From Nemertoderma westbladi (taxonomy: Eukaryota; Animalia; Xenacoelomorpha), in contig JAUCBJ010008125.1 in the NCBI GenBank assembly GCA_032718475.1, positions 1-64,000 on the forward strand: 64,000 nt of DNA. The letters are read 5' to 3'. Position 1 is the first letter of the stretch; the number at the start of each line of letters is the position of its first letter. The notes under the pieces were generated by a model. It had not been told where the DNA came from, searched no databases, and saw nothing but the letters and a program-made list of their open reading frames with translations. The translations under genes and the position numbers were made by a program. Below are positions 59,147 to 64,000 of this stretch, in pieces.

Positions 59147-61228
59147 AATTCTCATACTGTAAATCACACTGTGGTTGGTAGAAAATAGGACACATTTTAT
59201 TCATTGTGTGTTTAGTGCAAAACTATTTGATATCCGTAGGAATGTGAACTGAACTGAATTTAAGTAGGAGTAGAAGATGATTTTAGTATTATATTAACTT
59301 ATTTTTATTCTAACTTTTAATCACTATTAGCATAATAGAAAACTATTATTAATTGATTTTACATGTACCGTACATTATGTTGTGGTTAAGAATTGATTTA
59401 CGTTTTACGTTAAAATATAGATTAACCATACATAAGTTAAGTCTCATGTCATCACTGTGTTTATAAAATTACTAATTATTTCGCACTATTTTGTAAAAAC
59501 AACAAATAGATTGGAAAGCGCAGAATCGCAAACAAAATCGAATTAACCAGGCAATTGTAATCAGTTCAGATCAGTTTCATTCAAATTTGTATTCAGCGAC
59601 ATGCAAAAAACATTTGACTAAAATAGTGAATTTGAATGAAGTTTCGGAGTTTATTAATTCAAGGAATTTTGGTGATGCATTCAACATTTAAATGTTCTTT
59701 TGGTACAGTAGGAGTAGGCCATTAACGACAAGCGTTTTACAAACCGAAACTAGTAAAAATGGGTCCGACCCACCCACAACAGAACTGTAGTACGTGACAG
59801 TATTATTTGGATACTAACTGTATATACTAACTGTTTATACTAACTGTTTATAACTTTATACAGTTTGTTGACATGCTTTTATTGTGCTCGAAATATTTCT
59901 CAATAAACGTATTACCTATAATTGTAAGACTTTCTCTATGTATTCTTTATAAGGAATTCGACGCGATCCCCCAACCTGACTTGCTGCCACCACCGCCGGG
60001 AAACGGTATTCTTTAATCGAAAATAACAACTCTTTTAGCCGTCGCTCTAAGGCACCATTACGGTAAAAAATCACATCTTTCATTGGCACACAGACTTCCT
60101 ACGAAGCATAAGGTTGTCTCTAGAGGGCCTTGACTAACCACCCCCCCCCCCCCCCCCCTCTCAACCGGGCTCAACTGACTTTTTAAAAAATGAATAACAA
60201 ATGATTTTCTAGATTTTCTCGCTAGTCTTGAGATTCGTAAATTTTATTCTTCAAGACGTTAGTTACACATCTCGCGGATCCGTCTATAAATATATCGGTA
60301 TGATAAAAAATTCATAAAAAATGTTTTATGCTATTAATAATATTTATGTAATATTGCATGAGAAAAGTAAGTGAGAAATAATAAAATATAATAAAAATTT
60401 CACATAAGTGAGAAAAGCAAATTAAAGGTATTAATTTAATAGATAATTACATAACATGAAATATTACATAACTACGACGGTATGTGTATTAGCGATTTGT
60501 AAATAAGTGGCGTATTGTTATTCTTTTAACACAATGTTTAAATAAAGCTGTATCTGTCTCATTACTCGCCCAGTATATGGAGGATAGAGGTGAAGCTATT
60601 AATTATATTATAGACTGTTATAATTTCAAACAACAATTAAATTACGAATTTAAGTTATTCAATTTATGCGAACGTCGCCTTGTTTTTAAATATTTTTTTA
60701 CTCCGAGAATTTTGGGAATTTAAGGCACCTTAATCACTTTATTATATATGTAATTCCATTCAGTATGAGATCTTTTTAGTAGTATGGTAAAGTACTTTAT
60801 GTAACCGGTATATTCTTCTTGAATAAATTTATAAATATCTGATCGAAAAATAAAGTTTATGAAAGTAAAGTAAATGAGTTAGATATCACAATAAATGGCA
60901 TTCATACATAAACAGCTTATTGTGGTGCAACATAATGATACGATTTGTTTTCTTTTAATTTAAAAAAATTGATGATAAAATTACAAACATGAAGATACCT
61001 GAACATCAATAAATCTGACATCAAACATAAAATCACCTATAATTAATATGAGTTAAAGTACTTCAATGAGTTTATTATTATTATTAATGTAAAATAATTA
61101 AGTATCAACAATGAAACAAACACTAAAATGTGTTCGAACACAAATATAATATAAAAAGTAACTTATTTACATAACAGAGGAATAAAAAGTAATTTATTTA
61201 CATAACGGAGGAATAAAAAGTAATTTAT

Positions 61229-61987
61229 TTACATAACGGAGGAAAGGCGTTTGTAGAAGGCAACGACACGTGGATGGGCTCGAATACAGGAAGGATCGAA
61301 ATCGGTGACTCGAAGCGACTCGAGACTGCGCGCCCGGGAGAGAGCCACGTAGGCCTGGCCGGTCTCCCAGACGCGCCCTAACGACATCTCCACGCAATCC
61401 AGACTCATCCCCTGACTGCGATGTATCGATACGGCGGCGGCGAGTCGCAGCGGGATCTGCCGGCGGGTCGCCCGGACCCCGTCGCTGCCCGCGGCGACAC
61501 GAAGCTGCGCGGGGACGCTGCGACTTCCCCCCGACAGGAACCGCACCACGGGTCCCACCGAACCGCGCAACCCGACTACAACTCCTCGCGAACCGTTCAC
61601 CAACCCGCTCTCCACGCTAATGTTCTTCGTTAGCATCACCTGCGCGCCGATCTTTAGTCTAACGACTCGGTCTACGTCACAACGAGTCTCTGACGTCATC
61701 CAATTGTCACTGTCAACGGAAACGAACTCGACTGGCTCTCCGGGTAGGTCGTCCAGGTGTTTCCTATTAATAGAATCCACGTCATCGTTGTGCGAATAGA
61801 GACGAGTAGGTTGGATATTCCCGTCTCCTATTGGCTGGGTGGCTGAGTGTTTGAGTTTGGAGGCCGTTGATTGGCTGCAGTATCCGTATCGCAGCTGATT
61901 CAACATGCGTATGAAATCTTTATCAGTTTGTCGTTTCACCTCCGTTAGTTGGAAATAACGTTTAATAGTGGAACGCCACGCTTCTAC
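61229..61987 (-). CDS. PIF1: ATP-dependent DNA helicase PIF1, last coding exon
   Basis: Acceptor CATTTCCAG|GTAGAAGCGTGG; LTEVKRQTD, LKIGAQVMLTKN...GLVNGSRGVV, RRQIPLRLAAAVSIHRSQGMSLD, GQAYVALSRARSL, and a cellular PIF1-type ending RAHPRVVAFY. Confidence 0.9.
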   Translation of the reverse strand, partial: VEAWRSTIKRYFQLTEVKRQTDKDFIRMLNQLRYGYCSQSTASKLKHSATQPIGDGNIQPTRLYSHNDDVDSINRKHLDDLPGEPVEFVSVDSDNWMTSETRCDVDRVVRLKIGAQVMLTKNISVESGLVNGSRGVVVGLRGSVGPVVRFLSGGSRSVPAQLRVAAGSDGVRATRRQIPLRLAAAVSIHRSQGMSLDCVEMSLGRVWETGQAYVALSRARSLESLRVTDFDPSCIRAHPRVVAFYKRLSSVM

Positions 61988-63164
61988 CTGGAAATGTGAG
62001 ATTAAATAACATTATTAAACATTACACTAACCACGGTACAGGACAGGGTTAACAAAACATTATTATGAAACAATAATAAAACATAATTGGCACTTAGGTG
62101 TATCGAAAAAAAAGAAGATAAAAATAATATGAACTAAATTAATGACATTTCCGTTTCGTTAAATTTTTCGTTGCGTTAATTTGAAAACAATTGATAAGAA
62201 AATTGTATGATTATTCTCGATGATATAACCACCGTTAAATATTTCCTTCAAAACAGCAACAGCGTGTGCCTATAATTAATACCAGAAGATGGTGCCAGAA
62301 TTGATTTAATGAAACGGAAAAACCAGCTGGGCCTCTAGTCGGAAGGGGCCAGGGGAGAGGGTGATTGTTATAGACCGCAGCTAGAATGGGTTACTGAGAG
62401 AGTTTGGGGATAAAATCAAGACGTGGAAGATGCGTCGTAGTCGCGTAAATGATGTCACATTATAATAGTGTGACTAAAGCTTAGTAAAGAACACTTACAT
62501 GTCTTTATTGAGGGAAAACTAGCACTTTATATTGCAGTTGTATTTCATTAAGTTTATGTTAAGCAATATAGATAGACTATAATAATATTTTAAACATATC
62601 AATAATTATGATCAATTTGGATTGAGGTGTTAATGTAATATAAATGAATAAATGAAATTATCTCTCTGTCCAGAAGTTAATGTAGTGAGGTGTATACCCT
62701 CTGTATGGCAGGCTCTCCCATGAACTTCTTGAGACCCCTCTTAAGTACGCTGGCCTTGAAGATATGCGGATTATGGATAAAACTTTTGCTTTTATTTTAT
62801 TAACCTAACTGTGAAAAATTAATATGTCCTGAAGACTCAGACTCAATCATCACGCGTCGATCTTTTATCTCTAGTATTTATAAATGTATTAGAATTGAAA
62901 CAGATACCTACTTTTCTTAATCCCGGTGATACCCAGATGACTATTTTGGAAAATAACGGAGACCGGAGCCAGAGATCAAAGACTGCTCTTATGTTTGTAC
63001 TTATAATTTGGTTATATAACAGCAAAAAACAGTTACACGTATGAACTGAGAACTATTTTCTACGGTTGAATTACAGTAAGAGTAAATCCAACCGACGCAA
63101 GTACTCGTACAGTTGGGTTATTGTTAATATGTTACATTAATTTGTTACTTAATTTACAACTGCT

Positions 63165-64000
63165 ATCCGGCCTATATTCTTTGGGGCAAACTTGTTTGCA
63201 TTCAAGAAGAGTGGGCCGGGAATCCGTCCCATAGCTGTTGGGGTTACCCTTCGTCGTTTGTGTGGCAAGTTCTCTGGAACCTTAGCTGCAGAGAAACGGA
63301 CAGAGTCATATGGATCGGTTCAGCTGGGTATTGGCTGCAAGTTAGGTGCGGAGGGGGCTGCCCACGCAGTAAGGGCGCTGGTCAATGGGGAAAATCCGGC
63401 GGGTTTCGTGTTGCTAAAAATAGATTTTAGTAATGCATTCAACTCAATCCGCCGAGACTCAATGCTGGAGACTGTCCATGCTGCTCATCCCGCGATTTAT
63501 AATTACACCCTTGCTGCCTATGGGGAGGCAACCTTTCTCCTTAATGGTGACCAAGTCCTACTCTCTGACGAGGGCGTACAACAAGGGGACACAGATGGCC
63601 CGCAGCTGTTCGGAGACACAGAAAACCCAACCATCCAGGCATTGGAATCGGCTTTCAATGTCTGGTTCCTGGACGATGGAAACCTAGCTGATGACCATCG
63701 GGTTGTGCTGAGGGACCTCTCAAGGTTGATCGATGATGGGAGGAAACTTGGGCTGATGATTAACCCCACAAAGAGCGAGTTGTTTTTCTTGGGGCCCGAG
63801 ACAGAAGAATCACGTGCCCAGATCCAGATGGAGTTCGATGCTATCTGTGGCGGCATCCTATGCCCGCCGCTGGATCAGCTGACCATTCTTGGCGCCCCCA
63901 TCGGAGAATCTGCCATCGCCTCTTGCCTCACAACCAAGGTCGGCGACCTCACCACTCTAGTTAGCCGGCATCCACTCCTTGACGCACATCACGGCTTTTT
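63165..64000 (+). mobile_element. 5'-truncated CRE-clade-like non-LTR retrotransposon RT, open to the window end
   Basis: FFGANLFAFKK..GIRPIAVGVTLRRL, QLGIG...GAE, KIDFSNAFNSIRR, GVQQGD, WFLDDG, GL.INPTKSE, ILGAPIG. Confidence 0.85.

Noticed and set aside
61229-61987. Helitron Rep-helicase
   Set aside because: C-terminus and splice acceptor fit cellular PIF1; no Rep domain or Helitron end seen.

Overview
AT-rich animal (invertebrate-like) genomic DNA dominated by mobile elements. From left to right it holds: (1) a decayed BEL/Pao LTR retrotransposon on the minus strand (464-8634), whose single gag-pol frame can be rebuilt across three frameshifts and two nonsense codons; (2) nested non-autonomous DNA transposons (12.8-15.2 kb); (3) a complete 18,249-bp Polinton/Maverick (adintovirus-like) provirus at 15398-33646, with ~320-bp TIRs starting AGTAGT and a perfect 6-bp TSD (TATATG); (4) a host gene for a ~3,600-aa tectorin/zonadhesin-like membrane protein (signal peptide and FN2 exons at 36.3-37.1 kb, then one 10.5-kb exon at 48651-59146), whose large intron holds a Helentron-type element, a Mutator-like MITE, and an RTE LINE remnant containing a 6-kb 38-bp satellite; (5) the last exon of PIF1 helicase and a CRE-like LINE reverse transcriptase. 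The Polinton encodes pPolB, integrase, packaging ATPase, adenain protease, major capsid, two minor capsid paralogs and core proteins. The most striking observation is that it also carries a TATA-binding-protein-like gene next to pPolB and a PC4-like gene, with two classes of candidate promoter motif. This suggests an element-encoded basal transcription module. All family assignments come from motif reading by eye; no searches were run.
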